From contig JAYSUV010000042.1 of assembly GCA_043718945.1 (NCBI GenBank), forward strand, positions 1 through 55,627: a DNA stretch of 55,627 nt, read 5' to 3'. Below are positions 26,838-37,900 of this stretch, in pieces (position 1 is the first letter of the stretch; every line of letters starts with the position of its first letter). Both the position numbers and the translations under genes were made by a program. A model generated the notes under the pieces. It did no database searches and was not told where the DNA came from. It saw nothing but the letters and a program-made list of their open reading frames with translations. The stretch comes from Planctomycetota bacterium (GTDB lineage Bacteria > Planctomycetota > Planctomycetia > Planctomycetales > Planctomycetaceae).

Positions 26838-27158
26838 CTAAATGCGAGGGCGGGCGAACAAGCTGAGAACCCCCAGAATCATCAAGACTGGGAGAACAAT
26901 CCACGGACGAAGAACAACGGCCATCATCACGAGGAACATGACCAGCCCATGCCAAAACGAGAATAACTTGGCACCGGGAACACAGCGTTCCGGCAAAGCC
27001 TGCCACAACGCTCCCAGAACAAAGCCGACCCGGAGCAGGCTGCCCCCCGCTCCGTCTTGAAGATTCCCTTCCCACAGGCACAGCCCCACACCACCCAGCA
27101 GCCCGACGAGGGCGAGCCATCCAATCAATCTCCGCTGTGCCACCAGCCGCTCAAGCAC
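26838..27158 (-). CDS. Possible small two-TM membrane protein upstream of the exosortase gene
   Basis: Only the 3' third of the 264-aa track ORF is free of the opposite-strand lipoprotein gene. From GTG 27158 it encodes (M)LERLVAQRRLIGWLALVGLLGGVGLCLW...FWHGLVMFLVMMAVVLRPWIVLPVLMILGVLSLF. Start is uncertain and no family is recognised. Confidence 0.3.
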   Translation of the reverse strand: MLERLVAQRRLIGWLALVGLLGGVGLCLWEGNLQDGAGGSLLRVGFVLGALWQALPERCVPGAKLFSFWHGLVMFLVMMAVVLRPWIVLPVLMILGVLSLFARPRI

Positions 27159-27329
27159 GAGTCTGCGCCTCTTGGAACATGATCCGTTTCGGCGAAACTC
27201 GCCCAAATTCAGTCTTGTGGTTCTGAATCGGCTTGCCCAATTCCGATAATTCAAAGTATACGGAATGCTGTGGAGCGGTGCGCCATTGGCTAACGATCCC
27301 ACGAACTCCCGGAACCCTCCTCGAACATC

Positions 27330-28274
27330 ATGCGCAGTCGGATCGTCTATCTCCTGTCCTTGCTTTGGATTACGGCACCGGGCTGCGCCCATTTCGCCCA
27401 GATTCCGATGTGGAGTTCCACGACCAAACCGATCCATGGTGTCAACACGGTGGCTGTCCTTCCCTTCGAGGGAGAATGGGGGACACGGGTCTCCGAAGAG
27501 GTCTCGGATGCTTTTTCCGCATCGGGTGCGTACACGATCGTGGGGATCGATTCGCTTCCCGTCACTCGCGACACGGCGGATCAGGGTGATGAGGCACCAG
27601 CCTTGGACCAAGTTCTGATCGCCGCCCGGCAAGCGGATATTGACGCGGTACTCACGGGGACCATCGTATCCGAGGAAACGGAACCCCTCCCCAGCGACAA
27701 ACGCATTAGTTGGGGCTTCTCCCGCAAGTCTCCCCCCGTCCAGAACTCAATGACCGTTGACTATCGACTGATCGATACCCGCACCGGCGAGACCCTCACA
27801 CAAAACCGCATCATCTGCCACGGTCCAGAGTCCCTCACTCCTTCGGAGGACTCTTCGAATTCGTTGATTCAACGCTGCGGTCTGGAGGTGGTCTCTGGGT
27901 TGACCCCCCAACGTGAAAACTGCTCCATGGCCTTGGCGAATTGCCGATGGACCGTTAAGGGGGCACACTCCGTGCGACGTGGGGTTCGCGCCGCTGAAAG
28001 AAATGACTGGGATTCCGCAGTGACACATTGGCAGGATGCCTTAAAAGCCAACCCCCAAAACGACGCCGCGATCTTTAATCTCGCCTTAGCCGCAGCCAGC
28101 CAGAATGACTTCGAGAAGGCCGAAGAACTGGCCCTGGAAGCCATTCGCATTCAACATTCCGACTGCTATGAATCCGGGCTAGAACGAATCCGCAAACAGC
28201 GGTCACAATCCGAGACCGCATCCCAGCCTCGTGAATTTATTAAGCTCTCCGCCATCGATCAGAGCAATCGTTAG
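27330..28274 (+). CDS. Lipoprotein with C-terminal TPR-like region
   Basis: MRSRIVYLLSLLWITAPGC carries a lipobox (APGC). A VAVLPFEGE motif is seen in several periplasmic lipoprotein families. The C-terminal AVTHWQDALKANPQNDAAIFNLALAAASQNDFEKAEELALEAIRI is TPR-like. Confidence 0.65.
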   Translation: MRSRIVYLLSLLWITAPGCAHFAQIPMWSSTTKPIHGVNTVAVLPFEGEWGTRVSEEVSDAFSASGAYTIVGIDSLPVTRDTADQGDEAPALDQVLIAARQADIDAVLTGTIVSEETEPLPSDKRISWGFSRKSPPVQNSMTVDYRLIDTRTGETLTQNRIICHGPESLTPSEDSSNSLIQRCGLEVVSGLTPQRENCSMALANCRWTVKGAHSVRRGVRAAERNDWDSAVTHWQDALKANPQNDAAIFNLALAAASQNDFEKAEELALEAIRIQHSDCYESGLERIRKQRSQSETASQPREFIKLSAIDQSNR

Positions 28275-28302
28275 ACGAGCAGCCAGACATCGCGTAATTG
28301 AA

Positions 28303-28436
28303 TTGATACTTCACGCGGGTATCAGTGAGTCATTCTGACGTAGCTACGTTTCGTCAGAACGTGGGCGAATTGGCTGGCGTGCCCGCCCTCTGGCGAGGGG
28401 CAGATACGGCTCCCTTGGGGCCGCGTGAAATATCAA
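28303..28436. repeat. 134-nt palindromic (MITE/REP-like or structured-RNA) element, copy 1
   Basis: Terminal inverted repeats TTGATACTTCACGCGG (28303-28318) and CCGCGTGAAATATCAA (28421-28436) pair at 15/16 positions. There is an internal hairpin CTGACGtagctacgtttCGTCAG. The core CCGCCCTCTGGCGAGGGGCAGATACGGCT is shared with copy 2. Confidence 0.75.
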
Positions 28437-28520
28437 CGGGACTCTCGTAAACCCGGCTGATTGTGAATCCCGAATCGAATGCAACGGCTTGATCCAGCAA
28501 TTACACGCAGAGGCGCAGAG

Positions 28521-28654
28521 TTGATATTTCGCACGGCTCGAAGTGAGACCTCTGGTCGTAGCGACGTTCGCCAGAACCTGGGCGAAGTGGCTCGCGGGTC
28601 CGCCCTCTGGCGAGGAGCAGCTACGGCTTCTTTCGAGCCGTGTGAAGTGTAATC
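28521..28654. repeat. 134-nt palindromic element, copy 2 (diverged)
   Basis: Collinear with copy 1: TTGATATTTCGCACGGCTCGAA ... CCGCCCTCTGGCGAGGAGCAGCTACGGCT ... TTCGAGCCGTGTGAAGTGTAATC. Its own termini pair (TTCGCACGGCTCGAA / TTCGAGCCGTGTGAA). Confidence 0.7.
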
Positions 28655-28995
28655 GCTAACAAACATCGCCTCAGTGACGGTCTAGCGTTCACATCACTGG
28701 GGCCAGCCTCTCGTCGAGCTGCTCGCGTAAAACAGGCGTGGGAAAACAGTCTCCCCGCCACCCCGCTCGTCGGGTTGGTTCCCGCGCTTGTGTCCTACAG
28801 TAGCGTACAAGCGTGAAACCACGGGGACAAGCCCCAGTGGCGAGGAAGATCATTCTACCCGCCAGCACGAGTCAACAACGCACCCCGACTCGCGGCCCGC
28901 CGGAGATTCGCCCTCCCGAACTGGCAGACCACGCTCCCCATGCCTTGAGTTGACGCGGCGAAAGGCCTCTTCCCTCCACCAGCCAACTCTTATTC

Positions 28996-31900
28996 CTACA
29001 GCCAATTCAGCGGGTTCAAGTTCTCGGCATGATCCACGCGGAGGGCTTCTCCCGCCGTGGCACCCAACACCCCATCCGCCGTCGACTGATACCCATATGT
29101 CGTCCCAAACTGCAGCTGGGTGTAGGTCTGATCCGACAACCGGAAGCCCGACGAACCGAGCGGCACCTGGCTGGTCGAGATGTGCTCGATGACAATTCGT
29201 GGAGCATCGCTGGGCAGCATGCCGGGCAGTTGGAGCATCCAGTTCCCCGCAGCGTCCGCGATGACGCTCTGTTCGGCCAGAATCGATCCGTCCACCGAGT
29301 ACAAGCGAGCGATCAGCTGCGTCCCCGGACGGGCCGACCCGGAAAGGATCGGACTGCTACCCAGATCGAGCAATAGCCGTGAGAGCAGGATTTCGCTATC
29401 CGACCAGGCCTCGGACATGAAGCGACTGGGCGTCTGCGACAGGTTGTTGAAGCTGTCAAAGCCGAAGAAGGCAATCTTGACCGATGTGGAACTGGAGTTC
29501 CCGGCCCCGTCCGTCGAGATGACGGTGACCGTGTCCTGGAAGCCCAACTGCGGAAACATCCCGGTCAGGGTCCATTTCCCATCGACCCCGACCATCGTGA
29601 CGATGGGGTTCCCATTGGTGTCCACACCAGGATCACCGTTCTTGTCGAGCATGGTGATCTTTGTGCCTGGTTCCCCCGTCCCCGTCAACTTGTCGGGAAG
29701 CGTCAGAGTCGTCGTCGGCGAGATAGGCTCTGTGGTGTCGATCGTGATCGCCAGTGGCGGTGAATGTGGACCTTCGTTTCCGGCCACATCGGTGAAGGTC
29801 ACAGTGACCTGATGCTCACCATCGGACAGCGGGCTGCTTACTGGGACATCGACCGAGTAGCTGCCGTCTTCATTGACGATCGCCGTACCGACCGGTTCTC
29901 CATCGACATACAGAGTGACCGTGCTGCCCGGCTCGCCAGCACCAGCTGGCCCGCTGAACGTCGGCGTGTTGTCGTTCGTGAGGTTGTCCGTCGGTGTGTC
30001 ACCAGTGTCCGAGCCGTCCACCAGATCCGGCGGGGTGAGAGCCTGCGGAGGAGTGGTGTCCTTGTCGAAGGAACTCGACACCGGATCGCCTGCATTCCCG
30101 GCCTTGTCGGTCTCGGTTGCCGTGACCGTGATTGGTCCGTCGATCAGAGAAGAGATGTCGGTCGGCGGGATCGACCATGTGCCATCTTCGTTGACGAAGG
30201 CCGTCACCGGACCGACTTCGTTCCCGGCACTGTCCGTGAGAGTGACAGTGACCGTTGAGGTCGGCTCGACTCCGATGCCGCTGATCACGACCCCCATCTG
30301 CTCGGCGGCGTTCACCACATCATCCGGAGTCACTGGTCCACTGATGACTAATCCGTCCGGGGCGGTCGTGTCGAGGGTAATCACCAGTGTTGGCGACTGC
30401 GGACCCTCGTTTCCAGCGGTGTCCGTAAAGGTCACCGTCAGATCGTGCGGCCCATCTACCAGCGGACTGCCCGGATCGACGGTCACCTCGTAACTGCCAT
30501 CCTCGTTGACGATCGCCGTGCCAACCGGTTCCCCATCCACGTACAGCGTGACGGTACTCCCCGGCTCGCCCGAGCCTGTTGGACCGTTAAAGGTTGGTGT
30601 CGTGTCATTCGTCAGGTCATCTTCGCTGGCCGATCCACTGTCCGATTCATCGACTAGGTTCGGTGGAGTCAACGCAGCTGGCGGCGTCGTGTCCTTGTCA
30701 AAGGCACTCGTTACCGGTTCGCCAACGTTTCCAGCTTCATCCGTTTCAGTCGCAGTGACCGTGATCGGTCCATCCGCCAGTGAAGAGATATCCGTTGCCG
30801 GAACCGTCCATGTGCCATCGGGATTCACGTTCGCCGCGATTGGCCCCAGATTATTCCCATCACTGTCAGTCAGCGTGACCGAGACAATTGATCCCGGCTC
30901 AGCTCCAGTCCCCGAAAGAGCCACGAGTGGCGTTTCAGTCAGGTTAACCACGTTGTCTGAAGTCACTGGGCCATCAATCGCCAATCCATCCGGAGCTGTC
31001 GAATCGACGATGAAATCCAACGCTGGCGACAGCGGCCCCTCGTTCCCCGCTGGGTCCGTGAAGCTCACAGCCACCTCATGTGGACCATCAGTCAGCGGAC
31101 TACCCGGTGGCAAGCTGACGGTGTAACTGCCGTCTGCGTTGACCAAGGCCGTGCCGACGGGTTCCCCATCCACATACAGCGTGACCGTACTACCCGGCTC
31201 GCCCGTTCCGGGGGGAGCACTAAACGTCGGTGTCGTGTCGTTCGTCAGATCATCCGTTGAATACGAACCACTATCCGACTCATTGGTGAGATCCGGGGCG
31301 ATCACAGCTGCGATTGGAGCGGTCGTGTCGACCACGATCGATAGCACTGGCGACGGTGGACCTTCATTGCCCGCAGGGTCAGTGAACGTGACGGTCACAG
31401 CATGTGGTCCATCAGTCAGAGGGCTGACCGCTGGAACGTCAACGGTATAGCTTCCGTCTTCATTCACCAGGGCCATCCCGACCGGCTCGCCGTCAATGTA
31501 GAGCGTGACGGTACTGCCCGGTTCACCCGTTCCAGCAGGAGCATTAAACGTCGGTGTCGTATCACTGGTGACATCATCCGTATTCGACGAGCCGCTATCA
31601 GACGAGTCGACCAGATTCGGCGGTGTCGCAGCGGCAGTGGGCGGAGTGGTATCGAGTGTCAACTCGGAGACCACCGGCTCTCCGACATTTCCTGCATCGT
31701 CAGATTCAACCGCAGTGATGGTGATGGAACCATCCACGAGTGATGTCAGGTCGGTCGGGGAGCTCGTCCATGTGCCGTCGTCATTGACGGTCGCCATCAC
31801 CGGCCCGACCGTGTGGCCCTCGCTGTCGGTGAATGTCACGGTGACAGTACTCGTCGGCTCGACTCCGGAACCGCTGACCACGGTGTTCGGGGCCTCGTCT

Positions 31901-34900
31901 GCATTGACCAGACCATCGACCATCGGATTCGGATTGATCGCCAATTCACTTGGCGGAGTGATATCGATCTCAATGCTCAGCACCAGCGACTGCGGCCCTT
32001 CGTTTCCAGCAGGATCAGTAAAGCTGGCGGTCACATTGTGTGGGCCTTCGGCAATCGGGGTGGTCGGAGTGACTTCATAGCTGCCGTCCTCGGCGACAGT
32101 ACCGGTGGCGACAAGCTCGCCGTCCACATAAATCGTGACCAGATCACCGGGGACACCCGTTCCCGCTGGTGCGGTGAACGTCGGCGTTTGGTCGTTCGTC
32201 AAATCATCCGTTGGCGAGGCTCCGCTGTCGGTGCCGTCGGTCATGTCAACCAGCAACGGAGCCACTGGGGACGTGGTGTCGAGTATGAGCGTCGTCGACA
32301 CACCGGGACCGACATTTCCAGCCGCATCGGTTTCGGTCGCGATCACCGTGATCGGACCATCGACCAGGCTGCTGAAGTCCTGGTCCGGAATCGTCCAAGT
32401 CCCATCTTCGTTCACGGTCGCGGCGATGGGGCCGAGTTCAGTGCCGAGCGAGTCGGTAATCACCACCGACACCGTCGATGTTGGCTCAGCTCCACTCCCC
32501 GCGATCGTGACATCGGGCGACTCGACTAGGTTGACGACATGATCTCCCTCGATCGTCGACGTGTCCGCATTTGTAATGAGGAGATTGTTCGGATCAGTCG
32601 TGTCAACGATTATCGCCAACGGCGGTGACGGCTCACTCTCGTTCCCGGCTGGATCGGTGAACGTCACCGTCACATCATGCGGCCCATCCGCCAAGGAACT
32701 GTCAGGATCGACGCTCACCTCATAGCTGCCATCTTCGTTGACGGTCGCGGTGCCAACTCGCTCTCCATCGAGATACAGCGTGACCGTGCTGCCCGGCTCG
32801 CCCGTCCCAGCTGGTGCGTCGAATGTCGGCGTCGTGTCGTTCGTCAAATCGTCGATGGGGGACGATCCTGTGTCAGTCGGGTCTGTGAGATTCGGTGCGA
32901 CAGGAGCGGCGGCGGGGGCCATCGTGTCGACCACGATCTCCAATGCGAGTGACTGTGCCCCTTCGTTACCCGCAGGATCGGTGAACGTCACCGTGATATC
33001 ATACGGCCCATCGGCCAGTGGATTCATCGGGTCCACGCTGACGGTGTACGAACCATCCTCGTTGACGGCCGCCGTGCCGACAGCCATTGGTGGACCAGCC
33101 GGGTCACCGTTCTCATCCAGCGGAGTCACGTACAACGTGACCGTGCTGCCAGGCTCACCCGTTCCCGCTGGGGCATCGAACGTCGGCGTCGTCACATTCG
33201 TCAGATCGTCCGTATTCGATGACCCGCTATCGGTCGGATCAGTCAGGTTCGGTGCAATCAACGCTGCAGCGGGGGCGACCGTGTCCTTGGTAATCTCCGC
33301 TGTCACCGGCTCACTGGTATTACCCGCCGCATCGGTGGCTGTGGCGGTGACGTTCAGCGGGCCATCGTCGAGGGTCGAGAGGTCAACCTCGCTGCCCAGC
33401 AGTGTCCAATTCCCCGCGGCATCGGTGGTCACGGTCGCGACCACGGGATCGGTCAGCGGGTTGCCATCATCAAGCGTCACCTCGACGACACTGTTCGGTT
33501 CAGCGGTACCAGTAACTAGAACATCATCCACCTCGACCGCATTAACGATGTCGTCCCCTTCAATCGGGGGGGCGATCGTCAGCGGATCAACAGCTCCCGG
33601 ATCAGTCGTGGGAGCGGTCGTGTCGACCACAATAGCCAGGGCCGGTGATTGCGGGCCTTCATTACCCGCCAGGTCGGTGAACGTCACCGTCACGTCATAG
33701 TGGCCATCGACGAGCGGATTCATCGCATCAACTCTGACGGTGTAGCTACCGTCCTCGTTGACGATGGCGGTGCCGACAGCCACGGCAGGTCCGGTCGGCT
33801 CACCATCTGCATCGAGTGGGGTCACATACAGTGTAACCGTGCTACCGGGCTCGCCGGTTTCCACGGGGGCATCGAACGTCGGCGTTGTGACGTTGGTCAG
33901 GTCATCCGTCGGTGACGTACCGCTGTCGGTCGCATCGGTCAGGTTCGGCGCGATCAAGGCTGCAGCTGGCTCGGTGGTGTCAATGATGATCGCCAGAGCA
34001 GGCGACTGCGGGCCTTCGTTGCCAGCAATGTCGGTGAAGGTCACTGTCACATCATAGGGACCATCTCCCAGAGGACTGATCGGTCCCACGCTGATGGTGT
34101 AGCTGCCGTCCTCATTAACGATCGCCGTACCCACGACGAGAGGAGACCCGATCGGATCGCCATTCACATCGAGTGGAGTGACATACAGAGTGACCGTGCT
34201 GCCGGGTTCGCCCGTGCCTGCGGGGGCATCAAACGTCGGAGCAATGTTCGCGGTATTGTCATCCGTGTTCGAGACGCCCGTGTCTGTGGGGTCAGTCAAG
34301 TTCGGCGCGATGAGAGCGGCTTCTGGCGGCGTCGTGTCGAGCGTGATGTTGCTCGTCACAGGCTCGCTCAGATTTCCGGCAGCGTCCTCCTCGATCACCG
34401 TGACTGTAATTGGACCATCGGCCAGCGAAGTCAGATCCGTCGGCGAAATTGTCCAAGTGCCATCCGGGTTGACCGTGGCCATCACTGGTCCGACGCTCGC
34501 TCCCAGACTGTCGGTGAAGGTCACTTCGACTGTGCTCGTCGGCTCGACACCGCTGCCACTCACCACTGTAGCTGGAGCCTCAGCAGCGTTGATCAAATCA
34601 TCTTCCATCACGGGTGCGTCGATCGCGAGCAAGCTCGGCTCGGTGATGTCGATCACGATGGCCAGAATCGTCGACTGCGGTCCTTCGTTCCCGGCAGGAT
34701 CGGTAAAGCTGGCCGTGACATCGTGCGGGCCTTCGGCGATCGGATTGGTCGGAGTGACTTCGTAGCTGCCGTCCAGCGCGACGAATCCTGTCGCCACAAG
34801 TTCACCGTCGACGTAGATGCTGACGACATCGCCCGCGACCCCGGTTCCTGGTGGAGCCGTGAACGTCGGGGTCTGGTCGTACGTCAGGTCATCGGCGACG

Positions 34901-37900
34901 GAGGCTCCGGCGGAGTCGGTCTCATCGGTCATATCGACCACTGGGGGTGCCAGTGGCGGAGTGCGGTCAAGGGTCAACGTCGTCGAGACGCCTAGTCCGA
35001 CGTTTCCCGCGTTGTCGGTCTCGGTGGCGACCACAGTGATCGGCCCATCGGCCAGACCGCTGAAGTCTTGATCCGGAATCGTCCAAGTGCCATCCGCATT
35101 GAGGGTCGCTGCGATCGGTCCGAGTATATTGCTCAGAGAATCCGTGATGACCACCGACACCGTGGAGGACGGTTCTGCTCCGCTTCCTGCGATCGTCACA
35201 TCCGGCGACTCAGCCAGGTTGACGACATGATCTTCTTCGATCGTGGAAGTGGCCGCATCAGTGATCAGCAACTCGACGGGGGCCGTCGTGTCGACAACGA
35301 TCGCCAAGCTTGGTGATGGATCGCTTTCGTTTCCAGCCCGATCGGTGAACGTCACCGTAATCAGGTACGGCCCATCCGCCAGCGGATTGCCTGGATTTGT
35401 CAACACGCTGTACAACCCCGTCGGACCAGTCGTGGCGGTCCCGATGGTGACTGGAGGTCCGGTTGGGTCTCCGTTCTCGTCGACCGGCTGAGCGTAGATC
35501 GTGGCGGTGCTTCCGGGCTCGCCACCTTTACCACTGAAGGTCGGGGTGTTGTTGCCCGTCAGATCGTCGGTATTAGAGATCCCGGTATCGGTCGGTGTCG
35601 TCAGGTTCGGCGGATTGACAGCTGCCAGCGGAGGCGTCACATCAATCGTGACTTCGTTGGTCGTTTTATCATTCGAACGGTTATTGGCGGGATCCCAGTT
35701 CGAGGCACTGACGTTGTACCGACCTGGATTCAACGCCGGCTCACCATCGAGGTTTAAAGACCATGTGCCATCGGAGTTCGCCACCAGTTGTGGATCGCTC
35801 GCCGCCGGGTTGTTGAGGTCACGAACATATGTGAAGCCATTCACGACCACTTGCAGAATCGTCGCATCACCCGCCGCCCATGTCCCGGTAATGGTGGGCG
35901 TGACATCGTTCGTAATGAGGACGTTCACGGTCGGACGCACCGGAGGAGCAACGTCCACGGTGAGTTCGCTTGCCGTCGAGTCGTTCGAGGTGTTGCCCGC
36001 CTCGTCATTTGAGACAACGCTCACGTCATACACCGCCCCCGGCAAGAGAGGCTGACTGTTGAGGTTCAGCGTCCAGTTCTCGCTGCCATCAGTCGTCAGC
36101 TGGGGGTTCGTACCCAGCACGTAAGTCACTCCATTGACAGTGACTTCCAACTCGCTGGCCGATGCCTCGTCCCAGGTGCCGGTGAGAGTCGGCGTCTGGT
36201 CGTTGGTGACGAGGGTGTTGACCGTCGGTGGAGCCGGATCGATCGAATCGTGATCGATGGGATGCGTGGCCGTCGTCGAGACGTTTCCGGCGGTGTCAGT
36301 CGCAATCGCAGTGATCGTGATCGTGCCTTGATCAAACGTACTGAGGTCGACCTCCTGACCAGCGATCGACCAGAGACCAGCTCCGTCGGCGATCACCGTG
36401 ACCGTGACAAATTTCCCGGTCGCATCCGTCAGCGTCACTTCCACGGAAGCATTCGGGTCAGTCGTTCCAATCACCAGAACCGCGTTGTCCTCCGCATCGC
36501 GAATCCGATCATCGCCCATCACGGGACCGGTGATCGTCACGCCGACGAGCGAGTCATGCTCGAAAGTGGTCGCCACGGCAGCACTGGTGTTTCCAGCCAG
36601 ATCGGTCGCCGTGGCCGAGACATCGAGCGTGCCTTGATCGAAGGCACTCAGGTCGAGTTCATCGCCCGTAATCGTCCAGAGGCCATCCGGATCGGTCATC
36701 ACCGTGACTGTGACCCCATGTCCCGAGGGATCGCGAACGGTCAATGTCACGGTTGAGTTGGGCTCAGCAGTCCCTGTGAGCAGAACATCGTTGTCCTCAG
36801 CCGCATTCGCGGTGTTGTCCCCTTCGATCGGAGTATCGATCGTCAACGCATCTGGATCGAGCGGGTTAATCGATGGGGCCGTGATGTCGAGCACAATATC
36901 GTGCGTATCACTGGTAGACGGATTGCCCGCTTCGTCGACAGCGGTGGCGGTGATCGTCAGCGGACCCTCGTTCAGGCCGCTAATGTCCACTTCCTGGCCG
37001 ACAATGGTCCAGTTCCCGCTCGGGTCAGTGGTCACGACGACCTCGACGGGTGGATTCGCTCCATCCGAGATCGAGACTGTCACGGTGCTATTTGGCTCGG
37101 CTGTTCCCGTCACGAGAACGCTTCCCGCTTCGGCCGCGTTGACGATGTCGTCACCTTCCACTGGCCCGGTAATGACAACCGGCTCGTTGACCGTGTCATG
37201 CACCGGCGCAGCAGTTGCCGTGGGCGAAACATTTCCTGAAGCGTCGGTCGTGAAGGCCGTGACTGTCAGCGGTCCATCCTTCAGGCCCGAAAGATTCAGT
37301 CCAGCTACGGGCACTGTCCAGTTCCCCATCGCATCGACGAGGACATCGATCGTCACCGGAGGTGTCAGCGGATTACCATCGTCGACCGTCAGCGTCAGCG
37401 TGGTGTTCGGCTCACCCGTACCGGAAATCGCCGCGTCATCGTCCTCAGCTGCGTTGATGATGTCATCGCCTTCAATCGGCCCATCGATCGTCGGCGCAGC
37501 TGGAGCGGTGAGGTCAACGAGCAGCTCTGCACTCGTCACATCGGTCAGCGAGTTCCCGGCCAGATCAGTCGCAGTCGTCGTCACGCTGTAAGTGCCCTCG
37601 GGCAATCCAGCCACCGTTCCGACACTCAGGTTCAATGTCCATGTATCGCCCACCGTCGTGAGCTGCGGGTCAGTTCCCAGGACGTAGATGACGCCATTCA
37701 CAGTGACCGACAGTGCCACCGCATCGTCGCTGTCATACTCGCCGGTGAGAGTCGGGAGGGTAATGTTAGTGGCCAGTGAGACAACGGCCGGCGTGACCAT
37801 GGCATGGGGACCGTCGACAGCGTTTGTATCAATGGTGAACGGCAGGTCCGTGGAAGCAGACAAGTTGCCTGCCTGGTCAGTCTGCTCCACAGAGACCTCG

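Noticed and set aside
26838-27632. Full 264-aa minus-strand ORF upstream of the exosortase gene
   Set aside because: Its 5' two thirds overlap the lipoprotein gene (27330-28274, plus strand) and look non-coding. Only the hydrophobic 3' part (to GTG 27158) was kept, at low confidence.
28996-29300. Classical T1SS C-terminal signal / RTX block in the giant protein
   Set aside because: Reading the last ~300 residues and scanning the protein by eye, I found no GGxGxD nonapeptide repeats. Absence of a generic C-terminal secretion signal cannot be judged by eye, so no claim was made either way.
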